A stretch of DNA of 64,000 bases from Tubulanus polymorphus (taxonomy: Eukaryota; Animalia; Nemertea), in assembly GCF_964204645.1 (NCBI RefSeq), contig NC_134028.1, positions 17,987,653 to 18,051,652 of the forward strand, in the 5' to 3' direction. Within the stretch, counting starts at the first letter, position 1. Every line of letters starts with the position of its first letter. The notes beneath the pieces are model-generated. The model was not told the origin of the DNA. It made no database searches and saw only the letters and a list, made by a program, of their open reading frames with translations. A program made the position numbers and the translations under genes. Shown one piece after another: positions 29,501 to 44,500 of this stretch.

Positions 29501-32500
29501 TTTGTCTGCGTCAATCGAATATGCCCTTACGTTGATTGACAGCGGGAGCTCAGCCAACCGCAGGGAGCAGTTATTTTACTTCAATGTAACGTTGTACATC
29601 GGCCTTCTAGCCGTTTTATGAAACAAAATGCTCCTTGAAATTTCTTTAAAAATCGCAACAAATTCGTCGATTTCTCTTGAATGAACGCGATATTCAAAAT
29701 TCCATTTCCAACAGATTTTAGCCGCATGATGAAGCTACATTTTGCACATAAACATAGTAGATTGCATGACTTCATGTCAAAGTTATAACCTCATTTGTTA
29801 GCAAAAATTCGATTTTTGGAGCCATTACAACATCTCGGGCTTCGCCTGAGATAAATACTAAGTTGTACTATTTAATGCCCCCTGGTGACAATATCCATGA
29901 ACCAATGACCTTGAAACTCACCAAAATCTTACATGTGAACAGCTACAACTTTGCAGGTGATTGTGGTTAGGATATGCAAAATATGCATAGGTACCAATAT
30001 AATATAGTAAACTGTAGACATCTCATGGCTAAACACATAAAATCCTGTTTATATCTGCAGCTAACTATTCTTAAAATTTTTTGTAATTTCAAACGAGGCC
30101 ATTTCTTAAGATTATGGTTCCTAGTAATCAGCGAATGTATATTGCTTTGATGCATAATTAATGAAAATATGCTCAGTTGCCCAGCAAAAAGCCGTCTTGA
30201 ACCAAAACATTCAATTTCACTCCATTTTTATAAAAATATGGCCGACAGTGTTGTCACTTTGCAAAATTTTCCAATAATGCAGATTCTCTTGATTTTTACT
30301 AATAATGAGGTCTTCCTGTGGAGACGGGAAAAGGCACTAATAAATCTTAGAATCCCCACTATTTGCACTCAACGTTGGTAATTACATAATAATAATAGGA
30401 GAGAGGCAATGAGGATAAGTGCCTTGTCCAAAGAAACTACTGTAATGTACATGGTTCGAAAATCAAAATCAAACCCCCTGATTTGCTCCTGGTAGGTGAG
30501 GTGGATTTCTAAGGGACACAAAATTAAAACAAATCAAGACCTAATATACCAATCAAATATATATTAACTTTTATCAAGAATAACCATACACCATATCACC
30601 AATTACCGATAGGCTCTCAAAAAATTGGCTCATTGGCTATCTAATAGGATAAAGCTTTTGGATTTAAATTCCGACAATGATTACCTCCAAAACAGTGATT
30701 GTCCAGTTGTTAAATGGTGGTCGAATCCATCTAGGCGCTCCATTGTTTGCAGCAATAACTTTAATTGTTACATTGGCTGACTGCCACAATCCTGATGAGT
30801 TTCCTTGAAGATCAGTAGCTCTGACAATCATCTTATAAGTACCAGTTTTGCCATTCAGTGTTTCATTGACAGAAATAAGCCCAGTCTTAGAATTGAGATC
30901 AAATAAGTCTACAAAAAAGGATATTTTTCGCTTTCATCAAATGGGAAAAGTAACACCCATAATAAAACTGATTTTATTTCAACTTCATAGATATCTAACT
31001 TGACATGGTTGATTTCCTATATCAACAGGCTTTTTCCATCAATTGATTAATATACATACATGAAGGATCCCCCCAGAACTTTGTGTATCTAAGATCAGCA
31101 TTTATTCCTTCATCATTGTCTGCAGCACGCAACTTCAATACTGAATAATGAACTGGTGTTGTCTCAATGATGGTTGCAAAATATTCTGCGTCTTTGAATA
31201 CTGGTTTGTTGTCGTTGATGTCCTTCAAAGTAACATAAATCTACAAAAACAGAAACCACTCAGGAAAGTCCCTCAACATACTTAAACATTAAAAAGTAAA
31301 ACACAAATTACTCTAAATAACAAAGTATAGGGCTGGGTATTAAAGAATCCTTGGAGGCCTATGAAATAGAATTCTTCTTCAGGTTTGTGATACAAAGCAA
31401 TGTAGTTTTTGAACATAGTAATGCTCTAATAGATATTGCAGGTAAAATATTTTCATGTACTCGATGAAATAGTAAGCGGTAGACCTACATAGCACTTACT
31501 GGGACAGTAGTACGCTTGCGCACTGAAGGAGTATTTGGAGAGTCATAAACCTCAGCTTGCGTCGTAATAAGTGGGGTGGTTTCCCGATCTAAAATGACTC
31601 CATTCTTCACTCTTACAACACCCTGAAATACAAACTCCATTATCAAAGGAATGAAAAAAAAGAAAAATGAAAATTACTTCAATGAAATTATCTATACGTC
31701 ACATGATTGTACCGTCATATTGTCAATGGTGAAATTTGTCTTTTGATCTAAGAGCGTATACCGTACAAGACCAAAATCTCCAAAATCCAAATCAGTTGCG
31801 TTAACAGTTGTAACATAAGTTCCACCAGGTGAATGTTCATAAATCGATGATAAATACTCCTTCTGTTATGAAAAACAGTAATCAAATTAAGTGAATATAT
31901 AACAAGCCAGCCAGATTGGATGTTTACTAGTGCTAACATCATGGAAGTATTACCTCTTTAAACTGTGGTGTAATGTCATTAATATTTTCGATAGTAATAA
32001 AAACAGTAGCAGTAGCTGTTAGAGTTGGTTGTCCACTATCTTTGGCGGTCATTTCAAACTGTAACGTTTGTATAGTCTCATAATCTATTCTCTTATGAGA
32101 AGTAACAACTCCTGTTAAGATAAACGTCAAATGTGTTCTAAATATAATACAGATCTATCAGGGACAGATCCAGGATTTAAGAGGCAAGTCAGTAACATGC
32201 ATAACTCCTGCATTGATTTCTCTACATCATCAAATGCGATTTTGGGCTCTAGGACCTTATCCCCCCAAAATTTCATAACTGTGCCAAATTTAACATAACA
32301 TTAGACAAATGCCAGATTACAATGAAATCTGTGGAAGTTGATAATCAAAAATATGCGAATACTTCTATTCAGATGATTTTAATGTTAGCCACTGCCGTTA
32401 GTGGCGCTAGTGTTGGGTCACCTACCTCAAAGGCAATATGCATTGAAATGTGGGTGACTTTTGTATTCATCCTAGAACTACATTTAACAAAGATCCCCTA

Positions 32501-35500
32501 CTCTTGTAAACTCCAAATTGTAGAAGGTTCCAAGTGTTTTATTTTTTTTTTTGAGATGATCAAAACTATATTTTGAATTGGTTTCGTAGCTTGACGATTT
32601 TATCTTAGAAGTCTAATCCATCACATGAGAATTTACGCAACACGTATACTCGCTTGCCGCAGCTTCGTGATAGAATCTCAACATCTACAGTTTTACAGTC
32701 ATAATTCTATTATTTTCTCGTTTTATTGGTATCATTTATCGTTACTTATATGGATAACTCTTTTATATCTTCAAGATTATAATGGTAGGTAGTTTCCAAA
32801 AATATCTGATAATAATGACGACTGTATATAGTGCTGCCATCTATGGGCCTGTAACAGCGATTGTTATTGCATTTCTGATTTATCTCATTTAAAATAATTT
32901 TTTTAGGAATCAAAGGCATATAACAGTACATTCATGTACTGAAAAATTATAAAACACTTCAATCTTCAGTGCCCGGTGGCTCTTTATGGTTTATAGTTTG
33001 TTAATTTCGTAAAATTTTACTCGGACGATTTTCTTCTCATTTCGCCTTTGGCCTAGGCGACCGAACACTAGCACTCATAGTGATGGCGGCAAACATTTAA
33101 ATCATCTGAATAGAAGTATTGAGGTTAGGAGGAGGGTTACTGTGCTTACCCATAGTATGCCTGGATCCACACCCGTTTAAAGTGGTATAGATTAATTCTG
33201 ATGAGACAGCTGCAACTCATTCTTACAATATTAAAATAACTGACCTGTAGCAGAATCAACTTTGAAGAAATTTCCTGGATCTTTCAGCATGTTATATGAT
33301 GTGATAACACCATCTTTATCTGACGCTACAGCAGTCATGACGAATGATGGAGTTGGCATCTCCTCACGTAAGGTGATATTGTAGTGAGGTAAAGAGAGAG
33401 TCCACGGATCACTAAATACTGGGGGAATTTCATTGATATCCAAAATAACCACCACTACAGTACCTGTGAATATATATAAATGGTATATACTTGATTCAAG
33501 AATTGAAGATTGAATGGAGCGCAGTTTTAATAAGTTTTAAAACTTTTATAAAATATATGCAGACAAATCTGGATGCATTCATGTTCCATTCACATGGATT
33601 GATAAGCAGGTATGTTGTAATTGAGCTTGATTAAAGAACTGCATACCCTTATCTGTGACATTGTATTTGCAGCAGGGTAAGAGCATTTAATGAGATTAAT
33701 TTGTGTCTCAAAGTTAATGCTACCTGTTGAATTTTATCATAATCAGAACTACCATAAGGGTTTTTGTTTCTTCATAGAAAACCCTATTGAAATTCTTGTG
33801 ATTATCATTGTAATTAGATTTCTGCTGCTTTCGCAAAACCCTATTGTAATTCTGGGGAAGGTTGGTTAAGATAACCGGTGGATAAGATCTTAACTAGTGT
33901 TTAAGAACTTATCCACCGGTTAGTCAACCACGAGTTAAATTCAGTTGCTCAAAACCTCAGTTAGGTTGCGGTTTGCTAACAGGTGGTTAAAGTTCCTTAA
34001 CCAGTGGTTAAATCATTTATCCACTGGTTAGCCTCATTTTCATTTGCCCAGCCTCACTTTGAAATTGATCACGATCATATCATTAAAGTGGAGTCTGTTT
34101 TGATTAATAATGACAAGAAAATTTAAAAAGCCAATTTTACAGAAAAAGATTGCAATGCTTGGTTGAAAGGTTATATTCTAGTGCGACTTCTATCTGTGGC
34201 TCCTTGTGTTGAAGTTCAGCTATAAAGTTTGTCCCATCTCTTTAAAAAGGCAATTTTTCTCTTAAACATCCATCCTAAAATTGATTTAGATGCTCGAATC
34301 GCTGTAGATTTTCTCTGTTGTAGCCAAATGTAGGCAATAAAAAACTACACTGGCCACTTAAACCACTGGTTAAGAACTTAACAAAGCCCCATAGGTCGTT
34401 TAACTTTTACCAATAGTTAGGGAATTTAACCGTCGGTTAGGGATTTAACCAACGGTTAAGAGTTTAACCAACCTTTGAGCAACCAGCCCCTGCTAATTAA
34501 CATCATTATCATTATCATTATTATTATCACTATTCTCTTTTTCACACTGTACATGTATCTCACTGAGAGTATATAAACTATTGTAATTTACTTCCATTGC
34601 CAGTGAAACCTTAACGTATCACAAGTACTACGTTGCATTGACAAACACTACACATAGTATTAATCAGAACCCAACTGTGTACTCAGCCCCTAAACATCAA
34701 ATTTAAGGCAAATTCCATCAATATCCATATTACGTGTTTATTCCCACAGCGCATAAACTGCGTAGTTACGTTTGTGCGTGCTAAAATGCATCTGCGTGGC
34801 AATCACATACTTCATCAATGAAATCAATAGCTGCCCCACTGAAATTTTCCTTCTGACGGCCCTGGCTCTAGGGGCTCAAATATGGGACCCTAATCTTTAA
34901 AATGAATCAATGAATCATGATTGGGATGAGAGATCAGTAGCCCTTTTACAAGACGCGTGCATTGATTTATGGTTCTACTAGGTAACTCATATGGTTCTCA
35001 AGTAGCACCACCTACAAGTTGCCGGAACGCTTTTCATTGATATCTACTTAGCGGATTTTAGTGGTTCAAGGAGTAACGTCCACTCTTCCGTGATCAAATA
35101 GAATTAAGAACAAATGCAACTAAAGTAGGAACATTTTTCATCGCAATAATGATCAGTTTTGAAATGCTACATTTTTCATGAAAAACTTAAAAAAAAAAAA
35201 TGAAATTCAGGCTAACCCTATTAAATACTGTTTATATTCTAAATGGAAAATGGATATTTTGCCAATGCTGCATTATTCATGTAAACGCTATTTTGCCAAA
35301 TGAAACTATGAACTTTTGAAATCTGTATAATTTTACTTGTTATACATGTTTCATTGATGAGCAGTGTTTGTTTGGCTTTGGATCACAAATGCCTTCGTGA
35401 CTGAGACTGAACCTCGCTGCTACCAACGGTGTTATCTTAAGTTGGCGGTTCTGAGTCCGTCTCGACTTCAGTCAGTAAAACTTACAACTGTTGTGGTTGC

Positions 35501-38500
35501 CATGTTATAACATTTTCATTCACTCACTTTCAAATGTCATAGGAGCATATTAAGCCAGTAGGTGGCGCCACATTGTGGAGTCACTTGAGATTTTCAATAT
35601 CTTAAGGCTCTCAATATTTTCAACATAGATTTTCATGATTGAAATACGAACAAGAAATGAAAATTTGAGGTGTTTTCATAAATCATTAAACTGACAAGAA
35701 AAATTATAAAATCAGGACAGGTATTCTAAAATCCTATTTTTCAAGCACAAGTCGAACGTTATATTTTAGAAAAGCATATCGATTATGCCAAAATCGAGAC
35801 ACTTGGCAGCTCTGAGCATCTGTTTTTCGCACGTAATTCAGTCATTTTATTATGGAAATCACAACCAGATGCCTTAGAACGAAGGAATTTGTGACTATAG
35901 AGTACAGCATATTTCTACGTCTGGAGCGGAGGGGATGACTGATATAGACATCGCAGATATTTTTGTGGGTAGAGATATTTCTATCCAGTACTTGTTTGTG
36001 AATCCCAGCCAAGCCTGCGCCATCCCGGTCGTGTAATAGTAATGTGTGCTGCATACATACAGTCAGTATGTTGTACATACTACAGCGATGTGGGTCACTG
36101 GGGAAAGCTAGTACTATATGCACTGGAAAGCGCGTATCTCTTACTACGTATTTAATTCGCGAAAATAGCCTCACTTAGCAGGATAAAAGGCTCTTAGATG
36201 ATAAAAACATGAATTTTGTGTATCCAAGTTTATGTGTGCCATAATATTTGCGAGAATCTTTCTCTAAAGTGTGAAGCTAGTTTACACATAGGCCGGGTGT
36301 TCTCGCTCTTACGGTCCATCAGAGGTAGACCGGAGATAATCCATGTAAGCATTTGAACACAGTTAACAACACTTTAAATATGATGTGCTCACGAACTGGC
36401 AGCCAGTGCAGCAATTCGGGAACCGGAGTAATGTGTTCATGGATTTTGGTACGGGTAACCATGCGCGCTGCCCGATTTTGAGTAAGCTGTAATTTTCGAA
36501 GCGATGATTCACCGATACCAGCTAGACATGCATTACAATAGTCCAAACGAGATAGAATCATAGTCTTTGTAAGTAATTTTGCAGCAGATGGAGTCAGCTG
36601 ATGTCAGACTGACCCATTACACCGAAGATGAAATGATGCAAAACAGATTACATTGTTTACTTGTGAGTCCATAGACAGCTGAGAGTCGAAGATGACACCG
36701 AGATTGCGAATCGGAACAGATGAAATCGGAATGTTATAGCCGGATATCTGAATACACTGGATGTCTAACGAGAGCAGCGTTTGCCGTGACATGCACATGA
36801 GTTTGCGTGAAAGATACCAAACGAAAATCCGGTCCCCCAAATAAGAAGTAAGAAAAGGCCAAGTGTCGGTGATGTTGTTCTTGTCAAAGAGGACAAGATG
36901 CCTCAAGGGTGCTGGAAATCAGCTATTGTGTTGGCCTTGATGAGATCAGCTGATGGTAAAACGAGATCAGCGACAGTCAGATTAGAACGACAACCACACT
37001 CAAACGTGGTGAACGGATAATATGATAAAAACCCACTATCTACAGATTAAAAGAATTTAAAAACAAGAATTTATTTATTCAATCTAAAATATATATAAGA
37101 CATGACGTTTCGATCTCACCCTAGAGATCATCGTCTTAGATTCTTTTAATCTGTAGATAGTGGGTTTTTATCATATTGACAGTCAGATTGTCCACTGGCA
37201 ACACGTTAAGAAGATCAATTGCACATCTATACCCCTGGAATGTCCTTCGTCCTTACCAATGGGGTCAGATGTAACTGTACCGAAAGGAGACAAGATCGTC
37301 TCAGATCCTCTGAATGTGTCAGATGTAACAGTACCAAATGGAGACAAGATCATCCTGGATCCTCCGAATGTGTCGATGTACCTGTACCACAGGAAAAATG
37401 TGTGATATTTCCCGATCCAGCTGCCCGGGATAAAATCGAAGGATGGATTAACCCTTTCGAACCGGCTCTCACAAATTTGCGAGAGAACGACGTTTCGCCT
37501 TGTATCGGCTATAGCACAATGAAAGTTTTAAATTTAGTAACGACAAGCAGTATGCGCCTTGGGAACTCCCCAATGAAGTCATTTCGGTACACAAACTCAT
37601 AGCGTACAATTAAAAATTCTCGAGAAATTCGCGTTGAATCGGCAGGTGGCGGTTTCGTAGATTTGACAACCAGGAAACAGACAACGTGTGTCTTTCGCAT
37701 TGTTTATTTTGCTAAAAATGCCTCGGAAATTTCTGACAGATGAAGAAATCCTCAAACTGATTGCCGATGAAGGCTCAGAAGATGAGGATGTTGGATACAC
37801 GCCAGACTCTGACGATGATAACATAGAATCAGATTAAAAAATTTTGATTACTTAATGCTATATATCAAAAGAAACCTTGAAAAGAGTACTACAAACCTAC
37901 CATTTACGGTGAAGCTCTAACTCTACTGGTTTATGAGTTACAAGGCTTGGTAAATAGGTACTTGTTTCCCTTTGTTTTACCCAAAATTAATTCAGTCCTG
38001 CTCAGTGCATTGTTGTAAAATAATCCAGGTTCCAAAGGGTTAAGTCAACACTGTTATTATGTTGTATTTCCTAGGGTAGAAATGAGGGGCCGCAAATTCT
38101 CAAAGTGCGAAGAAATAATCCTTGAGCTAAACCGAGTTTAATATCGGGCGAAGTGAAAGAAAAGTAATGAAGGTAGGATTCAGCATTAATAGTTTCCTAT
38201 ATACTGAGAATTTCAGGAAAAAACCACAGTTAAAGATCAAAACATGGCAAGAAATTTTAGTCTTGCAATATTAGTTGAAATATGTTTTTCGAAAAAAAAT
38301 TGATAATTTCCTGCTTAGATGAGTCGATGTGGTGGTTCATTCTCGGTGTACCGGTATCTATAAAACAGTGTTTAAGATCAATAAAGTGAAAATTAGATTG
38401 CATTGAATTGAAATCACAATGTAATAGACATATAAACGGAGGTTTTGATATTCTGTCCGTTCAGTGTCCATTCCGTACTAACATCTTGCTGTAGTAGAAA

Positions 38501-41500
38501 TTATTCGGGGCATATAGACAATAATTATTCATAAAATATCTTACCTTCAATGAGCAGAAATACCGTGTACACCCGTGAATAAACCAGGAAATGCCCGGAT
38601 GCCTCTAGTGTACGGAGACGCATCAGGGTCATTCACAAATGTAATCAAAGAAACTCGAAACTATTGATCTGTTGAAACAAAATGTCAACATTGCAACTGG
38701 AATATTATGAAATAAAAATTAACCTCGATCTCGGTTGATTCGAATTTAAAAACAGAATTCAGCATTCAGCGCATTCCGTCCACACATGAATTTTGAAAAT
38801 GTATCTAATAGGCTACCATATTTCTTGGATATATCCAAGAAACAATAGGTGCGAGCGAGACCCCTGCATTTAGACAGACCTGGGAGTAAATCTAGATGTT
38901 TTTTTCAGCGAAAATTATGGGAAATGTTTAAACAACACCCAAAACTTCATAGTACTAGCAGTGCGGGTCTATTTTGATTTCACAGAAACGCGTGTATACA
39001 AAAAGAACAGCTATTTGCTTCAATTTTGGCATATTTCGATTATTTCATAAAAACACTAGTTCATGAAATATATAAAATTTTCAGATCGTAATAGATACTA
39101 TATGACTATAAAGATACCTCTGATGAAATAATCAAATCTCAAGACCATAAAAAGTATGCCCCCTGTTTTACTGGAAATGAATTGGGAGCATGACGTCACT
39201 GGCTAGTGATAGCAAAAGCAAACTATAGGTTTGCTAAAAACTAAGAAGTGTACCAATCTGGAATTTTCGACACAATATACGGGTACACTGGTACCATGGG
39301 CATCCCTAGGGTAGTTCGAACGAATCCCCTTTTCTGAATCTTCAAACGTCGACGATTTGGTCTGCATTTGGTCTGCATTTGCTGAATTAGCTAAAACAAA
39401 ATCGATACATTCAAAGTAAATGGGAACCAGTCTACCTATTGTATTTGTTTATGTTGTGTATAGAATGTGAGTTTAAATTTCACAGTCTTGTATTTCAATT
39501 GTTTGATTCGAGATATTTCTGAAAAGGTTTCTGAAAACAATATGATATAAATTTGCTGTTCAATTTAATCATCGGTGTCGACTTGACTACATTACATTGA
39601 AAATCAAAACCTTCCAAAATACGCCTCTCTGTGTTCAGTATGCATTAAGGATGCACAAAGGACAGCAAGCGAGGAATAAGCGCTGGTCTCTCAATAGTAA
39701 AAGCTGCCGACAGGAAAATTGGTCCGTGATCTGATGGCCTCATATTGCACCAGAACGCGTCTTGCACCAAATTTTCAAAAACCCTCTTTTCTTTCCCTCA
39801 TAACGAACTCCCCCAAAAGAAATCCAGGGGATGCTCATGGGTACCGTAGGCTTTGATGGACCACAGCAGTAATTCTCAATGTTATGAACGCCCATTCACA
39901 TTATCAAGAGGCCCTCCATGAATTCATGAGGAATAAACTATACACACCAATTGCTGCTACTCACCTTAGACTTCATATGGATACCATACAAAGCTGCCAT
40001 GACACAATCAATGATCAACGCAGTTGAAAAAGGCGCTACATAAAGGCGCATGGACGGTGTATTCATGCCCGTAATCATTTATTTTAACTGCTAAATCGGC
40101 GTGATGTCATTTACTGTATCTAAATATATTTATCATGATAATTATAATATTCTAAAGACAAATGAATTTCTGTGGACCTTTTTCATTAAGGCGTACGTTC
40201 ATTAAAGTGAAAATTAATCATCCGAATGATGATTTCAGATAATACTAATTTCAAACAGGTTTCTGCCTAACTGGTTCATATATCGCACTGAGAAGCGTCA
40301 TCTAAATAATTCGCATAAGTCCATAACATATGACTTATTTCCAAGAAGCGCAACCTGGGTCAACAATATGCTGGATATGTGGATCCAGCTACATAGGCTA
40401 CAGGGGCTACCACGTAAAAAGTAGTGATGTTCCAAAATGGCTACCCAACCGAAGACATGGTTCTTTCAAAGTCCTCTGGTGGCAGTTGAATGAACTAGTC
40501 TGTCGCACATGCTCTCCTTTTGCGTTTTGATCCATAATTTCGTTAATACTAGGTTGATCTACCTTAATGCATCAATTTGTTCAGTGAGGAATTTGCATTC
40601 AGAAGTAAACATCGATTTTTAACAGATTTTTTAAGTTGTTTCTGTTTTCATTTATCAGTGACAGGTTTACATATTGCAGATATGTTTGGACTATAACAAC
40701 TTTGAAAACCAACGTATACTCAATGAACATTAATTTACTTCAATCCCAAAGAGGGAATTATAGGTAACACAATTATTGCATTGTCAGGATTCAAACATGA
40801 TGTGGCGTCAACTGCGTCGACGTCTTTGAATGTTGAGTTCATCTGCCAAACGGAAGATATACTGGTGGTACAAAATGGCGGTGATAGATGAAACAGAAAC
40901 GAGAAATAACGGATCGGGACTTATATCAGTCCGATTACATGATTTGCCAAAACAAAATGGCAGCTTTTTGAATCGCTCATATATGCATCAGATAGCGAGA
41001 ATTGACCTGTCCGGATTATTGTGAGTCCGAATCCGTGATTTACGGTTGAGTTGACACTCAAGGTCCTCCGGTAATTTTAGGCTTTTCGAGGTGCACTATT
41101 ATCAATGGATGACAATTCTTTGCATTATTCTTGTCACTGTTTAGACCCGGTAATTACGCGGGATTAATTCATAGTAAATTACTATATGCAAATACGAAAT
41201 GGTCAGGCACCGAGTCATATTTCTGACAGAATTGAAAATTTTGTTTATAAGCTGTTAGTAGTTGAATCTGAGAGAAACATTTTATGAAAATTTTTGGCTG
41301 GAAAGTGGAAAATTTATAATAATAATCATCAACAGAATTACAAGAGGGTTTCTGCGAAAGCAGCAGAAACCCTAATTAAATTGTTTCAATACTGGGCTAG
41401 GAAGACAATTGTTTATAAGTTGGGCATCAATCAGTGATTACCACATTAATGTAATTCAGTATGTGGATATCGCTCAATATATCTTAATTCAGTATCGAAA

Positions 41501-44500
41501 GGGCTGATAATACCCAATACAGCAGGAATGGACCAAGGAATGTACGGTGAAACAATGGTAACATCTCACGTGTCCTATGGCCAAGGTAAAAACTTTTAGA
41601 AATAGAACATTCACGAAAATCTACTTTACCTGTTCCTGTTTGTTGGGTAACATTTTTATCCTGTGCTTGAACTTGTAAATAAACTTCAACTGCTTTATCG
41701 TAGTTCAACCGACTATTTGTGGAAATCTGTCCTGTTATGTCATCAATTTTAAACAGATTCTACAACAGAGAGCAATTTTCTTTCAATCTGACAGGCACAT
41801 GTAATATCCTTTTACCTGAGCAGAGCTTGCTTTGAGCATACCTTGTAATCATAGCTGTTTGGATCAACCAAATCTCCACCTTTATTGTATGCACTTGTTG
41901 GCTCAATTGAATAACGTATGACAGCTCCAGAATCAAGATCTTTAGCGGTCACATTAATCAGGTTTGTGTTAACCGTGGCGTCTGAAAGCAGAGTAAATAT
42001 ACATGGAAGCAAAGCAGTAATAATGAGGTCTGCCTAAATCGTTAAAATGCCTGAACTAAGAAGTATACTACTGTAAAAACTGGCATATAAGTAAGTGTAC
42101 ACGCCTTATAAGTCCAGGTCGATGTTGAGACCTAAAACTTCTGATTTTAACTTATAACAAGTATCAGTAATTGTTTTATTGAAAGTTGGTTTTGATTGAT
42201 GATATATTCCTTCACAGGTAAGCCAGTCAGATGGCCATACATCTAATGTTAAGTTGTGTAAATGGAAGAAATTTCTTCTGACACAATAAAATGCAATATC
42301 TGGTTTAATACATCATTTATGATACTTTTACACTTAAAAACAAAAATCATACATACTTTTAGATTTACTTGCAAAGAAAGATGACATAACAAGAATTGCA
42401 ATCGAAAAAAAATTCATAATAAGCCTATGGACTTTCTTAAATTTAAATGATGGTGCATGTTTTATTCATACTATCAAAAATAATGTCGGTAAGTATCCTT
42501 CTTACCATGACCACCAGATACAGTCCCCATGACAGGCTAAATAAGTTGGTTAATAAAGCAGTCCATGGGGTACAAGTTTTGCATCCACGCATCAACAGTT
42601 GTTTTGAAGCTGTTCACAGGCTGAATAGGGACGTATAGAAGTGAAAGCGAATCATCCAGCCTATGAATGCTTTTATGGTTCACTGGTACAATCGTTATCA
42701 CAAATGCTCCCTTTCAAGTCAAGTAGACTGTCAACACCCTAACCCCCTATTTTTCACTGGATTTACACTGATCTGGAGAACGATCTTTTTGAACGGAAAG
42801 GTCATATTTTCGACTTTGGTTGGAGAATTATGATCCCCATAACCATCTATTCATTTCCTATTATTCCCTATAGCTGACAAGATCTTAAAAATTTGTCACA
42901 AAAATTTTACTCACTTTCATAAATGCGCACCCTGACAACCGACTTTTCAAAGTACGGATTTTTATTGTTTACATCCAGAATGTTGATAGTAACTTTAGCT
43001 GTTGCACTAAGTTGTGGTTGACCTGCATCAGAACCAATCACCTATGTATAGAAATTACAACATGAGGTATCATTGACCGACATGGTTGCTGAACTTAAGC
43101 CTAGTATACATTGACACTGCGATTGGAGAAAACTAGTTGCCAGTGAGCTTACGACTAGTTAGTGTCCATCTATCTCCAGTTCTAGCCAGTTGCTTATGAA
43201 CTACTTTTGAGCAACTAGTTGTTATACCAGTTGATAGCTTCATAATCAACAACACATGGTAGCAACTGACTAAAACAAAGCAACTTGTCACGTGACTTGA
43301 GATGCCCTCAAGAACATTTGCTAGATTACATATCTCAGTTGCTGTGTATCTATGCACTATGGACCTAGAGACCGGCTTTCATTTGATTTTTCGATGTGCA
43401 AGGGGTACTGGCTCACTAGCAACTAGTTGTCTCCAGTCGTTTGTCGATGTACACTAAGCTTAAGGAAAGTCAACTTAGCTACTTACAGTGAGGATATATT
43501 GCTTCCTTGAATCATAATCAAATGTAGCTTCATTTGCAGTGCGAATTTCCCCTGACTTCTGATCTATAACAAATTTCCCTAACGAGCCCGATTCAATACG
43601 GTAGCTGACATCACCATTAGAAGACCGAGGAGGATCTAAATCTGTAGCAGTTACATTTAAAATAAATGTTTTCCCAGGAGTGTTTTCTGAGATATCCTTC
43701 ACATAGACATTCGATGGAATAAAATTTGGTCGATGATCATTGACATCCTGGAAGAAAGTCAGTAAATTCAATGACAGTAGAATACGTTATCCAATGGAAA
43801 CCTTTTCAACTTATAGGAACTTATTTCAATTGAAAATAAATATCACATCACAGACTTCTTAATTAATGCTTGACAGAGGCTGCCACCATTCCATTAATAA
43901 CAAGAACAGACTGTCAAATTCCTCATCATGAACAAGAAAGAAATTCTAAAAATGGGCTTGCTGACATGGTTGTACTGAAAGCTGGCTTGGTTTTGTAGCC
44001 CATGAAAATTGGGATGAAATAGGAACCAAGTCTTTTCAAGGTTACACGTTCAGGGACTTTCGTATATGCACAAACAAGAGTCCCATGGGCCTTGAAGGAT
44101 TGGCAGATTATACTGTGGTAAGGTAATCAAGTGGTTACTGTTCAATGATGATGTTGGTTGGGAGGACCACAAACCAAACTTAAGGTCAATATTTGTCTTA
44201 ATGTACGATTTTCATTTATGCTGAAAATGAATTTCATTTTCTGCCTCATTAATGTGATCCTGTTGAAGACCAAACTTATTACGATGTTTTCCAGCATGTC
44301 CCAGCTAAGATATTAATATCAATCAAGATTTGGATTATACAGAAGTCTATTATACAATTTCGGCACTTTCGTCTACAAGATTCTTATGAACGATGTACAA
44401 CTGTAAGGGTCATTTTGACAGACTGTGGTTTTTCTTTATACTATTAGGCCCTAATACTTATTTTCAGAGCCCATGTGTGATTAGAGAAAAACACTCACAA

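Noticed and set aside
40250-41100. Faint LINE-like remnants (also ~42450-42900 and ~48150-48680 with an (ATTGA)n tail)
   Set aside because: Too decayed to assign family or boundaries by eye.
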